Part shown: positions 22,963 to 35,806 of the stretch, one piece after another | Layout of the letters: each line of letters starts with the position of its first letter | How positions within the stretch are numbered: position 1 is the first letter of the stretch | Assembly (NCBI RefSeq): GCF_964355755.1 | Contig: NC_092677.1 | Coordinates: 1,820,101-1,884,100, forward strand | Direction: 5' to 3' | Length of the DNA: 64,000 nt | Source of the DNA: Antedon mediterranea | Taxonomy: Eukaryota > Animalia > Echinodermata | The notes under the pieces: generated by a model | Database searches by the model: none | What the model saw: the letters and a program-made list of their open reading frames with translations, nothing else | What the model was told of the DNA's origin: nothing | Translations under genes and position numbers: made by a program

Positions 22963-24576
22963 CCTACTGGTTGGCCCGGGGCTGCTGTCTTTCAGGACCA
23001 ATAAACTAAATAAAATAGCTAGGCCTAGAGGCTATGTCTGTAGGCCTGTACTTTTCCGAATCTTAGTTAGGCCTACTAAATGTAAAAAATAATAATAGTT
23101 AGTGCAGTCAAATCTAAAATATCTAGGCCCCACCTAGGCTAGGCCCTATAGTAGTTCTACACTCTCTGATCCGAGGCGATAATATGATAATTTAATATTG
23201 CACATATATGTTTACCTCCTCTCTTTAGGCTCTCATCCAGACGTACTATAACATAACACTACAGCAAAAAAAAAACTCTCCTATGAAAATTGCGTTACGT
23301 TGGGAAAAGCATGATGGATGCGATGAGAGCGCTATGGGGGCGGTGGGGGGGGGGGATGCATAATGTTGACCCATCTGGCATCTAGCATTTATGCTAGGTA
23401 TAATTTTTTTTAATCTGGCATAAATCTGGCATAATTCTTAAAAACCAATCTATGATCTAGCATTTTTTCTAGTATTTTTACGATAGATACGCCTTCTAAA
23501 AACTAAAGGTACGGTACGGTAATTTTAAAACTCGTAGCCTACCTAAATACATAACAGTATTTACGGAATACACTGTATACATTATATGCAGTGCAGCATA
23601 GATGAAATTACGAGACCAATCTTTTAATCCAATTTTTAACATGATAATGTCATCAAAATGAAGCACGTAGATAGCAACCACATTGACGTGTTGAAGAAAT
23701 GTGGATACGTAGAATATGGATGCGCGCACATTTAAAATGTCAAGAACTATGACGCAAAATATGAAAATACGACGTTTATAATTCAACTGGCCATATGATG
23801 ACGTCACAGCATCCGATGCGCTAAATTTGTACATGAATTCGTATCTACGATCATGAGTATCACTTTTTATTCTGAGAGGAGGCTATAACATATTGAAATT
23901 GATTAGAATGATGAAAATACGTGACCAAAGCTACTTCTGCACATGCTGGCGTCATAAATATTTAAGAAACGGTTAATCATGTGAAAGTTAATTGATTGAC
24001 CTAGGCAATATCAAAATATAGGGGCAAATGGAATACGGATAAGTGGAGATGCGCTCTATTAAATGTGATGAGCTATGACGAAAGAGACAAAAATACTATA
24101 TTTTATATTTGACTGGCCATACGATGACGTCACAATCTCTGATTGGTCTGGTTAGCCATATTGATGCACTATCCGATATCTACAACTTATCAACTTCGGA
24201 ATATGTAATAAATTCACCATGTCGTTTAGAATCTATGACTGTTTAAAAAAGGCATAATTTTGACGAACATTTTCTTTAAAATCTCGCGCGAATTGTCCAA
24301 TTCGAAGTGTACTCGTATGACGTGATTAGCCGAAATAAAATAAAAAAATTCTCCAGGCGGGAACCTAGCAGATCCCCTCATTAGTTATCTTGAAAAGAAG
24401 TCCATCTGAAAAAGAAGCCCACACAAGAGTACTAAAAAATGAAGGAGCACATTTGGCTTCAATTGGCCTTAGTGCAAAGGCGAGAAGAGCACACCATAAC
24501 ATCTTTTATTTTTCTGTGGCTTTCGCTACCCGATTTTTGATGTTGTGTAATTGTTATTTTTAGCCCAAAAAAAATC

Positions 24577-26160
24577 AAAATTTAACGGTGTGGCGTGTTG
24601 ACCACGAATGACTAATAATACCATCTTTCCCACTACACCTGCACAAACTAATTTGTATAACAACGCCGACATACCAAACTACGATGAGATATAAATTCTT
24701 TTCTAAACACGTAACGAGAAGAATTCTAATTCCTTTTTTCTGACAATAAATATTGTTAGTCATTCGCGGCGGTCAACACGCCACACTGTTGCATTTTTAT
24801 GTTGTTAATCTTTTACATTATTATTAAAATATCCTAAATTAAATTGACTCTTTAAATATATCTCTTTCAAAATAAAAGAACAACATTTTATATTAAAAAA
24901 AAAAAAGAAATCTGTAGAGATTTGAACCCCAGCTAGTAGAGCTGAGAGAATCCAAACGATAGTTACAACAGCACTACCCGTTATGCCACAACAATGTACA
25001 CGAGTAATTAAACGTGACAATAGTATAGTCTTATACGCGCTTCATATTACGTCATTCTAACCGTTTACGTCATAAATTTGCATATTCGTGACGTCATTTT
25101 GAGGAAACAAATCTAGTTTTAACCTTACTTCAAACCAGAGGGCCGGATAGCTCAGTTGGTAGAGCGTCGTGGAACACGATTATCATGGGTTCAAACCCTA
25201 TGCCGGTCGGTGGAAAAGAGTTAAAGCTATGCGAGCTTCTGTGTTTGGGGTTCACAGATTTGAACGTCCCCCTTTCCACCACACATCATGAGGCAATAAC
25301 ATCAAAGCATCTGATGTGTGGTATCCCCAAGGCTGTGAGAGGGCCTTACCGTGCTAGAGGCAAGGGAGCACACCATAATTTTTATTTGTCTTCCCGCCTC
25401 TTTCCGATCTCGTAAATTTTATGTTTGGCGCCCTCAATTTTAAGAACACCAAAGTTATGTCAGACAATTAGAAACAAATAAATAGAAATGTCACAAAGAT
25501 GCCGATGATATGCCTGGCCGGCCTGACGGTGTATTTTCTCTATTTATTTAAATACATAATGCATTATTGTAATAAATAATTTCACAATTTGTGTGCGAAT
25601 TTTTAACTTTGAACAAACGATTTCCAACACATAGGCCTACTACATTTTACTGTGTTTGAGCATGAATAAATGAAATGAATTAAGAGAATAATTGATAATG
25701 AGAAATCAAAACAACTGATACAATGAATTAAATGATAAACAATAGCAGCCCGAACAAGCCTGGCCATTCAATTAACCCATTGATTGCAACCCCTATACAA
25801 ATATTGAACAGTTGGTATGCCGCGTTATTATGCAAATGAGTTGGTGCAGGTGTAGTGGGTAGTGGGGAAGATGGTATTGTTAGTCATTGCGGTCAACACG
25901 CCATATTGTTGAATTTTGATGTTGTTAATATTTTACATTATTATTATCCTAAATTAACATGACTCTCTAATTATCTTTCTTTCAAAATAAAAGAAAAACA
26001 TTTTATATTTAAAAAAAAGAAATCCGTAGAGATTCGAACCCCAGCTAGTAGAGCTGAGAGAATCCAAACGATAGTTACTTAGAGCACTACCCGTTATTCC
26101 ACAATGACACGAGTAATAAACGTGACAATAGTATAGTCTTATACGCGCTTCATATTAGTA
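24577..26160. repeat. Cluster of copies of one interspersed element: direct repeats about 24753-25048 and 25878-26157, inverted partial copy 24577-24680
   Basis: Shared TTGTTAGTCATT..GCGGTCAACACGCCA and GAGATT(T/C)GAACCCCAGCTAGTAGAGCTGAGAGAATCC blocks. Confidence 0.8.
25141..25330 (+). mobile_element. tRNA-derived SINE (head at 25141-25208)
   Basis: A-box TAGCTCAGTTGGTAGAGC, B-box GGGTTCAAACCC, GGCCGG/CCGGTC acceptor-like pairing, no canonical anticodon arm; followed by unrelated body. Confidence 0.6.
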
Positions 26161-26161
26161 T

Positions 26162-26462
26162 ACAAATAATGAATGTTTATGAGTGCAATGGTACAAATAA
26201 TGGCACGAGGTGAATGATGAAAGGTTATATCAACGAGGCAAAGCCGAGTTGATATAACCTTTCATCATTCACCAAGTGCCATTATTTGTACCATTACACG
26301 AATACAAAACATTCATTATTTGTTTTATATAACATCTAAATAACAAACAAAAATGTTTCAAAAAGTACTATTTAACGATCGTTGAATAGTGCGTACTATT
26401 GCACGCCATGTGACCCACATTCGTCCAATCAAATGACAGGAATTTATATAGGTGTTATATAA
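26162..26462. mobile_element. Foldback non-autonomous element with about 75-bp palindromic arms
   Basis: Arms 26162-26234 and 26248-26323 around GAGGCAAAGCCGA; ends GTCCAATCAAATGACAGGAATTTATATAGGTGTTATATAA. Confidence 0.6.
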
Positions 26463-26723
26463 TACTTCATATTCTGTTGGTATGCCGCGTGCGATATTAT
26501 GCAAATGTTATAAATAAATAATTTTGACCAATCTGGCATCTAGCATTTATGCTAGGTATAATTTTAGAAAATCTAGCATAATAATCTGGTATAATTTTTA
26601 GAAAAACCATTTCTGAAGCATCCATGATGTAGCATTTTGGTAGTAGGCCTAATCTATAGAAAATACCGATACAAGTTTATTGAATATGTTAATGCATGTA
26701 ACTTGAAAGCCACTCCGAGTGCA

Positions 26724-27243
26724 TACCTCCGCCTATTGTAAAATTCTCCTACAGTACATAAAATTTCTCCGGGAAAAAAAAAAAATATATATATTTATGT
26801 GTCTTAATGTGTGATTTAGGCTAATTTCACTACAGTACAAGCATGTGTATGCGAATTGGTGTAATGGTTATGTAACAAGCCTTTCAACTAACAATAGATT
26901 CTGTTGACTAACAATAGAACAGCAACGCCAAAAACAAACGGGTGAATTTGAAAAGAAATAGGTTTTTTTAAAACTACTCGTATCAAAAGACCTGTAAATT
27001 AAATCAATTTATGTTTTAAAATTACAAATTATAACTCTTGCCTCTTGAAAAATGAAGTTTTTTGGACAAAGTAGTTCTCGAGAAGAAATTATATTAAAAG
27101 TGGTCCAGAATTGTGACCGTGGTCCGGATTGCCTCCAAAATTTAATGGAGTGGTCCTTGATATCTTTTAACTATTTTTTGAGTAATCCTGCTAACAAACA
27201 AACAAACACGATCGACTACATAATACCTCATTGGCGGAGATAA
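26724..27243 (+). mobile_element. Helentron-associated (HINE/DINE-like) element
   Basis: 5' TACCTCCGCC, 3' (AAAC)n microsatellite then stem-loop-like TACCTCATTGGCGGAGATA. Confidence 0.55.
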
Positions 27244-29757
27244 ATAATGATTTACTTCGCTTATACATGGAATATGTTGAAATTACGTAAAATTACTCCA
27301 TGGAACGCAATTATTCGGGACTAATTGAGAATGAATTTTAAATTTAATATTCTGGGGTTATGTAGACTACCACAATAATGTTAAAAATATAAATTAAAGG
27401 AGCGGCAAAAACGGTTACAAAAAGTCTGTGTCACTGTCTGACAGACAATTTGACTTTTTTTTGTGCATTAAATAGTTTTTTTCAGGTAAATATTTTAACT
27501 AAATTTTAAATCTTAAATATGTAAAATCACATTTTATCAAAATACCTGTGTAATCCTACATATTATGTTTACGTACAATTGTTTAACTTTTTAGTAGTCA
27601 TAGGGGGCGCTTTAAGTGCAATTATTAGTGTTTTTTGTATGGAAATAAGTTTTCCTTTAAACTTTCTTAAGTTATTCCTCGGGGCATTCTATTAATATTG
27701 CTATCTTGGGCTTTTTCTATGTTATGTTTGTATTTTTGAGTGAACCGAATTAAACTGAACTGAACTGAAATATTTTTTTGTTTTCCACCCAATTTAGTGA
27801 ATATCAATAAATATTATGTTACATTAAAATGGCATATTCAATACCTTTCTTTTTTTTCTTCTTTCTTTCTTTTTTTCTTTCTTTCAATACATTTTTAATT
27901 AGGTTATTGAGTTATTGATAAGGAATTTATTAGTTATTTATTAGACCAATACGTCAAAGTTTGTTTAATTTATGCTTCTTTTTGTGTTAATTATAGGCTT
28001 TCTGTTTTGATTCCAATAAAGTAAAATCATAAACTTTTGTTTTACTTAAAAAAACAAAAAACTCGGCAAATCAATATTATAACATTTGACCTCTAGCTTA
28101 AATTGAAAACAAAGTTTTTGTTTTGCTGCTCTTATTTCCACAAGATGGAGTCAACACTAGAGTTAACTCTGGGTATGTTGGAATACTCCATTACTATAAA
28201 AAGTGTCATCATTAATAAATATACTTGTTGATAACCTCTCTAAGCTTAAAATACTAAATAATAACTAATTTTGTGTACAAACTCAGCATTTTAATGACCC
28301 TTTATGGTGTTTTGTAAAGTATTATTAGATTCCTGTGTAAAATAGGTAATTCAACTTGTGCTTCATACCTAAAAAATAATAGAATCGTCTATTCTTATCA
28401 AATCTGGTCACCTTGTGGAGGATTTAATAATGACCTATTTCGCTATGTCACAGATTGGGGCTAATGAATGGCGTATAAAAGTTAAGCAGAGGACGAGACT
28501 TGGAAACAATAACAACTGCATTAAAGGTAATTATAGACAATACTAATTGTATTAATAGTTTCCAGTGTGTTGGATTAAGATCATGTTGGACGTAACAAGT
28601 ACATTATACCATTTCAATTCACCAAAAACAATAAGTTTCTTCTCTCAACTTCTTTGGTTTTGGACGTGCCAGCCTTGATTTTAAGTAGGAGGTGGGATTG
28701 ACCCGTTAAAGTTAGCCGCAGTAATTGCGGTTGCACACGTCTGTCCATTGCTAAAACGGTATTTTCTGGGCCTAGGAATAAAACATGAATAACTACTGAT
28801 TTAAAAGAAACTTTCAGACCTAGGCATATCTATACAATGATCACACACTCACTTCACTAACTATTGTACTTCACAGCACAGTGCAGGGTGTGAATAAAAG
28901 TTAAAAATTACAATTAATATTGAGATAGTTGTTTTTTTTATTCCTTCAGTAAATATAACTTGTTTACTTTATAGTTTTAATGTATTGTATTGATATTTTT
29001 AATGTTTTATATATTGTATGTGTTTTTAAGCATCAAGGAAAACCAATTTCATGTTCGCCTTGTTGTGTTCATAACAATAAAGATTTATCTTATCTTATCT
29101 TAAATTTGTGTATTCATTGTACAGTATTGTTGGTACACTAGGTAAATAAATACAATATTATTAAGCATACACTATGGTATTAATATATCTTTAATTCCTT
29201 AAGATGTTTTTCTCTCAATCATAACTCTGGTCTATTGTACATTTTGCAGGGACATGAATGCAGGATCTTCCTCATATAGATTGGTCACTTTTTCGCTCTA
29301 GCTCACCAAATAAAACTTAAAAAGTAAAACTTTTATAGATAAGTATGGGAAAAAGTAATATCTTATATAGAGTCACTTACTAATGAATTCACTTAAAAAA
29401 TGAAAATAAGACATTGTTTACATGCCTACTTGTCATCTCACATGTAATCTGTCAGGTCAAAGTCATTTAGTTTTATTCAGTAAATGAAATGATAAGGACA
29501 GATGTGTGACACGAATAGACTATTATTAGTATGATTGTTTCCAATTGGTCAGTTATGTTGTGCCGGTAAAAAACACTACCGTTTAAAGTTTAAACTATTA
29601 ATATTACTGAATAACTTCCTTGATTGCCAGTCAATGGTACATTGACTGGGTAATTGATTACTACTTCCTCACTAGCAGCATGATAAGTTCAGTTGTTATT
29701 TGTTGGTGTTATGCACTAATATAAGGAAAACCCACTAAGTCCTTAGACTTGTTTCCG

Positions 29758-30146
29758 GTGGGATATTCTGGTGGTGAAGTGGGCAGTACACTAGGAGATG
29801 ATGGGATACTCTGGTGGTGAAGTGGGCAGTACACTAGGAGACGATGGGATACTCTGGTGGTGAAGTGGGCAGTACACTAGGAGACGATGGGATACTCTGG
29901 TGGTAAAGTGGGCAGTACACTAGGAGACGATGGGATACTCTGGTGGTGAAGTGGGCAGTACACTAGGAGACGATGGGATACTCTGGTGGTAAAGTGGGCA
30001 GTACACTAGGAGACGATGGGATATTCTGGTGGTGAAGTGGGCAGTACACTAGGAGACAATGGGATACTCTGGTGGTAAAGTGGGCAGTACACTAGGAGAC
30101 GATGGGATATTCTGGTGGTGAAGTGGGCAGTACACTAGGAGACGAT
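29758..30146. repeat. Minisatellite, 43-bp unit ATGGGATACTCTGGTGGTGAAGTGGGCAGTACACTAGGAGACG, about 9 copies
   Basis: Head-to-tail units without spacers. Confidence 0.97.
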
Positions 30147-30327
30147 TCCCTACTCTTTTTCGAAGAATGTATACTATACACTAAGCCGCTCTCCTGCGCT
30201 ATATGCCGCTCTTCTGCGTTATGCCGCCCTCTATGTCGCTCTCCGGCGCTATATGCCACTCTTTTCATGCTTACTGATAGCTAATTACCCCTGACGTAAG
30301 TTGGTTCTTACTCAATCTTTGTATTAA

Positions 30328-30752
30328 AGGACAACTTGACCGAGGACAATATTTTTACAACTTATTAGGGATGTACATGATTTCAGAACAATTGCTAGAT
30401 TAAGGATATCGCGACACACGCTTGCCGTACAGCCGTCGCCGTAAATTACTGTGACGTCACAGGTGCAGCACAAAATCTACTAAATGAGTCCAGATAAGCA
30501 GAAGAAACTAAAAAAAATAACTAAATTTATATTTTTTACGATTTATTTACAAAGTGTGTTTACTAGAAATGTTCGCGATTTTCCAGACTTTGCCAGAAAA
30601 CTCATGACGTAAATGTTGCGTTGCACCTGTGACGTCACAGAAATTTACAGAGACGGCTGTACCACAAGCGTGTGCGGTGATATCCTTAATCTTGCGATGG
30701 TTCTGAAATCATATGTACATCCCTAATACTGTACGTTGTTAAAATATTGTCC
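30328..30752. mobile_element. Kolobok-like MITE with about 150-bp TIRs
   Basis: TTAA|AGGACAA ... TTGTCCT|TTAA; long imperfect inverted arms containing CTGTGACGTCACAG. Confidence 0.7.
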
Positions 30753-31431
30753 TTTAAGTGTTACTGTTTATGTGGGTCTCTGGTTTATTTTGTAATCGCA
30801 TTAAGTTGTTCGTTTCTAATAACCATTCTTTGTAGCCGTCTGAACAGAAAATATGCCCTGTAATTTTATTGTTACAAAATGATGTTAATTTCACGCAATG
30901 TAAACCAGTGTTTATGCTAGGTTGGGTATGCATTGTATTGCTGTTTGTCTTTCTATTGAGAAAAGTCCAAGTTATTTCTTGAGTGTTATTATAGTGTTTG
31001 ATATCTTACACGTTATTAATAATATTATCTATTATCTGGTAAACAACTTTAATAATATGATTTTTAGCGTACAGTATATTTGGGTAAAAATAAAGTATCG
31101 CACATTTTATTAAAAATAGAAAAATACCACAACTCAATCATCAATTTATGAAAACCAATGAGTCAATCTCTGTATATCCATATAGTTATTAGATTTTATT
31201 AGTTTACCTCCAAACATGTTTATGTTATTGTTAATGTACTGTGGAGCTGATAATTTTCTACTGCAAAAACACATTTGATCCAAAAAATGACTGGGGTAAA
31301 TTAGTAATAATGTTTAGCGTTTTACAACATTAGGCGCCAAGCCTTGTCTTTTGAAAATTATAGGTGTGCTACAAATTGCACTCCTCAATACATTCAGGAG
31401 TGCTGTAGGTATGCTGTTTGTATTTTGGTAC

Positions 31432-31473
31432 GTAGAAGCAGGGAGTTGTTATTTTACAACTCCCTGGTAGAAG
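31432..31473. mobile_element. P/Galileo-type transposon footprint
   Basis: GTAGAAG-CAGGGAGTTGT tatttt ACAACTCCCTG-GTAGAAG. Confidence 0.7.
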
Positions 31474-32009
31474 TTTACCAAATTTAAGCATGTTGTAAAT
31501 TGCACTCCTCATAGGCATTATAGGAGTGTGTTAGGTGAGTGATCACACTCGCTCGCCTTAAAAGACAAGGACTGAGGCGCTATATAAATCCATGATATTA
31601 TTAATTATTTAAGCATAAATGCCTACTGTATGTTTATAATCCAATAAATCTACTATAAAATCAGTAAAATATTAAAAATTCAGAAAATGTTGTAGTTATT
31701 CAAAATAAAGTCTAATCTAAAGTAATGTTCTAAATTGTTCTATATACTGTAGGAAATAAAAAGCAGTGTTTTTATTTTTTTTTTAGTGAAGGTTTTTTTC
31801 GCTATTGAAATCATTATGGAACACAAATTGCACATGCACAATATTGACCTATGAGCCTTTAGAGGTGCAGTGCTTCTGTTGTGGCAAACTCCCTCTGTGA
31901 AGAATACAAATTTCAAACTTAAATTACCAGATGCCAGGTCACATAAAATTAGATTTTAATTTTGCAACTATACAATATATCATCATATACTTTTGTAGAC
32001 AGTTTTCAA

Positions 32010-32048
32010 AATGTACCATGGACCTTATTTATAGGTCCATGAATGTAC
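32010..32048. mobile_element. P/Galileo-type transposon footprint
   Basis: AATGTAC-CATGGACCT tatttat AGGTCCATG-AATGTAC. Confidence 0.7.
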
Positions 32049-33061
32049 CATGTGTTTTGGTGTAAACAGAATCAATTTAATGAAAATCCCCATCCATGGA
32101 GTGGACTAGTCCTTGCCATTAGTAACAGTTGTTTCTCTGGATACATTCCTTCCACTAAATGAGTGGCTATGGTTCGGCCAAATCAAAACATGATTATGTT
32201 TCACCTTTTAAAAATAAGTACGTCAGTACTACGATTTAGCCACAATGCATTGGAATTTATTTGATGAATTAATTTAATATTTAATCCTAATCTCATTGGA
32301 TTGGTTCCAACTTAATTCTTATTAGATTCAAACTCTACAGTATATATTTAAAGTCTTAGACTTTCAGTTGGGTGCAAGCAGACTTAAATTTACTTCCACA
32401 AAACTTAGTTTTAACTATAAAATTTAATTCACCAAATTGTTTTTGTAACTTTGTGTATAACTCTGAATCAAACATTACCCATTGAAAAAATTTAAGCCCA
32501 AAAATCCACCATATTTTTGGTAATGATAAGAAACATGTTTTTGTATTGTTTAGGCCTAGAGGCCTTGGACCCTCTGGTGTTGTGAGTGAATTTAGAAATG
32601 CATGCTGGGAAGCTTGAGTAGAGTAGGAATGTTCAATTATCCACATGGGGTCAACTAAAATGATTCTAAGAATAAACTAAAATATTAGTCAATTTAAATA
32701 CGCAATGAAAAGATGAAATGAATAAATTCCTTTGAAAATGCAAAATGGCAACTTTCAATATTTTGATAAATTCACATTTATTTTGTTTGTAGAGTACCTA
32801 CTGTATAATCTTCAATCAAATCAAATTACCTTTTTCCATACAAATTATAGTTTTAGAATCAATTCAACTATAGTCTATAGTAACTTTATAGTTCATTCAT
32901 ATTGTGAAAAGTTTTTGTTCAGAAAGTCTTGACTCACAACATTTTTTCCCTTTAATGTACTTACTATAGTGTGATGAGTGTCATAGAACTGATACATAAA
33001 TAATTAATGAATGTTTATTTCAAGTTCAGATAAACTAATGATTTTCTGTTGTATTTTTCAG

Positions 33062-33140
33062 GATTTGACCTTTGACCATGTCTGATTTGCAGTTCTTTAA
33101 TTAAATCTTTTACGATATGCGTGCGATGAAAATAATTCAG
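33062..33140 (+). other. Candidate non-coding 5' UTR exon of the plus-strand gene
   Basis: Strong acceptor (actaat...ttttctgttgtatttttcag|) and strong donor CAG|GTAAGA; no ORF support. Confidence 0.4.
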
Positions 33141-35544
33141 GTAAGATCCAAAGAGGTTGGATGTTTGTTATTTCATTGTAACCTAGATCCAATCTTTTTC
33201 AATGAATTAGTTTTCATGTGACTAATTTTGAAATAACTCAACTACCAATTGTAAAATAAAAATATTCCTAATGTAACCATCATTTTCTGGCATGTGAGGT
33301 GATTTCCCGATTGATCGTAAAATAAAATAAGTACTGTTTATATCAACTAGCGTTCCTGCTCTCAACAAAACATCCATTTATAGAATCACTGATGAATAAA
33401 GCCTATCTAGTGGTTATGTAGAATGATCCCAAGACATTACTATACTTTGGCTTTAGTAGATAGAAGATTGAAATGTTTGTTAGTTGAGGAGGTTAATTTC
33501 TATTAATAAAAAGAAGGGGTAGTATTGCTTGGCTGATTTCTTTTGAATGCGTTAAAAGTTCGCTTGGAAGTGAAGAATTGCTAAAACTGTAATGTCAAGA
33601 AATTAAAAGAAGTACCTTTTAACAAAAACATACATTAGGTACACTTAACCTTTGACCTCTATGTATAGTACTTCCTTTTAATGTAATAAAACAAATCTTT
33701 GATAGTTCAAAGGTTAATGTTGAATTTATAGTCTCCTATCCAGATGTCTAGACCAGCTGTCAATGCTGGAGTCTAATTTCTAATTTACCAATTAATTCTC
33801 TGTGAGAGGTGTTGAGGCAGAACCCATAAATTTTACCTGTAGTTATTTATTTCAGATCTTTATCGCACTCTGGGGAAGTGTGTGCAACTTTTGGGAGACT
33901 TTCTGTTCAGCTATTAACTTTGTTGTCAGAACTTTGCTACCATTGTTCTTTTAAATTCTATAAATATTTTGTTTATTACCTACCTCTGAAAATGTATTAT
34001 ATTTGCAATCCTTGTGCTTACTTTCACAGATTGAATAAGTACTAATGTACCATTAAAATAGGTTTTTCAAAATGTTGTTTTAATGCTGAACAGAGACCGA
34101 ATAAAATGATCTGCAAGACTGTGTCTTGACATGTCTTTTATGTTTTTGCTGTATTTTGTATATTGTATCTGTTCTGAGGGTCCCAAATGATCAGCAAATG
34201 CTGGATGGATCACCCTCATTAAATATGGTTAAAATAAATAAATAAATAAATAAACATAGGCACTACATGCAGGATGGATCCCGCATTTTAAAGTGATTTT
34301 TAATGAATCACGCATTTTGCACAGACAAATGCATAATCACACATTGTAGCACATTAGCAGAAATATAGCTTTTTTACAGCAGGTTTTCATTGCCATATTG
34401 AAATTAAAATCATAAATAAATGAATTTAGAAGTGTTTATTAATCTGTGGGAAATTGAAAATTGTTTTTGGAGACATTGAACCAACAATTTATAAACGACA
34501 TTTAAAATTCCTATGTTACAAACTGATAAATGATAATTGGCTTAACTATTATCATCATAACGATTGATTATTATAAATTGCAATACGTAAATCTTTCTCT
34601 ATTGGATGTATCAACATTGTTAAATGCAAGTGGTCTGTAAAAATATTGTAGTGTGAAAGTTTATTTACAACGGTATTTGTCATGTTTTATGGCCATAAAA
34701 TTATTTATAGAAATATGAATATAAATTAATATTGTTTGCATAAAAAATATTTCACAAAAGTATGAAGTAAGCCAGTCCTTGGCCCCAGCCCTTGGCCAAC
34801 CCAAATCCAGTCCACATCCACTAAACTTGGACAACCAAAACGGAACGTAAACCAACTAATGTTCGACCGACAATTCAGTTTTTAATGAAAATGTTTTTAA
34901 TCGAGTCTTGACACATTTCTGTAGGAAATACTGTATTACCTTGCTTACTGTAGGCACTATGGATCTGAACATACTTTAAACAAAAGTATAACATTTACTG
35001 CTTGATAAAAATAAATGCTTTATTGAAATTAAGGAAAAAAATTCCCAAACAAGAAAAAGTGTGAAGTACAAGTTAAAGGATCTGATCATTTTAACACCTT
35101 TTCTGCAAATACCTATCAACAAACTTATCAAATACCTATCAACAAACTTTATGAGTTTGAAAACAACCTTTACAGTCTCTAGAGTATTTCTGATTGATGT
35201 AATTTAGTTTCAGGTGAAAAGTAAAAAGTAGTGTCAAAAAATGTTGGCACCTTTGTGTTTAGTGGGCTTGTTGTAAATATGTTCCTATGGGAACCAAATG
35301 AAAACTCCATATTTTGTTGTTTACACCTCTGTTTTATGACATTAGGTGTTGATTCTAAATCATTTTGATTTTTAATATTGTCAGATTTTTTTTATAGTGT
35401 TCAAACTTTTTTTATCTCACTTTTTTTATCTTATTAATTACAATGTCTTTTACTGTTTTTGTGTTAAATATTGTAGTTTTGTAGAGAAAAAGAAATGTTA
35501 GTGTATCCCAAATCATCATCTAGTGATGGCTCACATTTAGATAT

Positions 35545-35806
35545 AAATGGCCAATGTCTGCTAGTAGTTCTTAAGACTAGGACACCTACATACGGTTGAA
35601 GAGCTGTTGCTGTGGCAGCTCCAATTCTGTGGAATTCCCTACCAATTTCAATCAGACAGTGTACTACTCTAAACTCTTTTCAAGACCCAGTTGAAATCTT
35701 TTTTCTTAATATAAATTATTGCCACTTCTCAGTCTATTTTAATTTATGTACAGCACATTGAGAGCTTGCTTATAATGCCATAAGAATGAACTATTCTTAT
35801 AATAAT
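35545..35806 (+). mobile_element. 3' remnant of an L2/CR1-clade LINE
   Basis: RTPTYG*RAVAVAAPILWNSLPISIRQCTTLNS/FKTQLKSFF resembles the conserved ORF2 C-terminus (YG.RAF..AAP.LWNSLP..IR....L..FK..LK), followed by an L2-like tail. Confidence 0.75.

Noticed and set aside
22811-23092. 93-aa plus-strand ORF with a signal-peptide-like start
   Set aside because: Antisense to ETHE1 exon 1, begins at GTG, and has no independent support
25141-25208. Functional tRNA gene
   Set aside because: No canonical anticodon stem-loop, imperfect acceptor stem and no T-run terminator; better explained as a SINE head
29758-30146. CRISPR-like array or coding repeat
   Set aside because: Units are head-to-tail with no unique spacers, there are no cas genes, the context is eukaryotic, and 43 bp is not a multiple of 3
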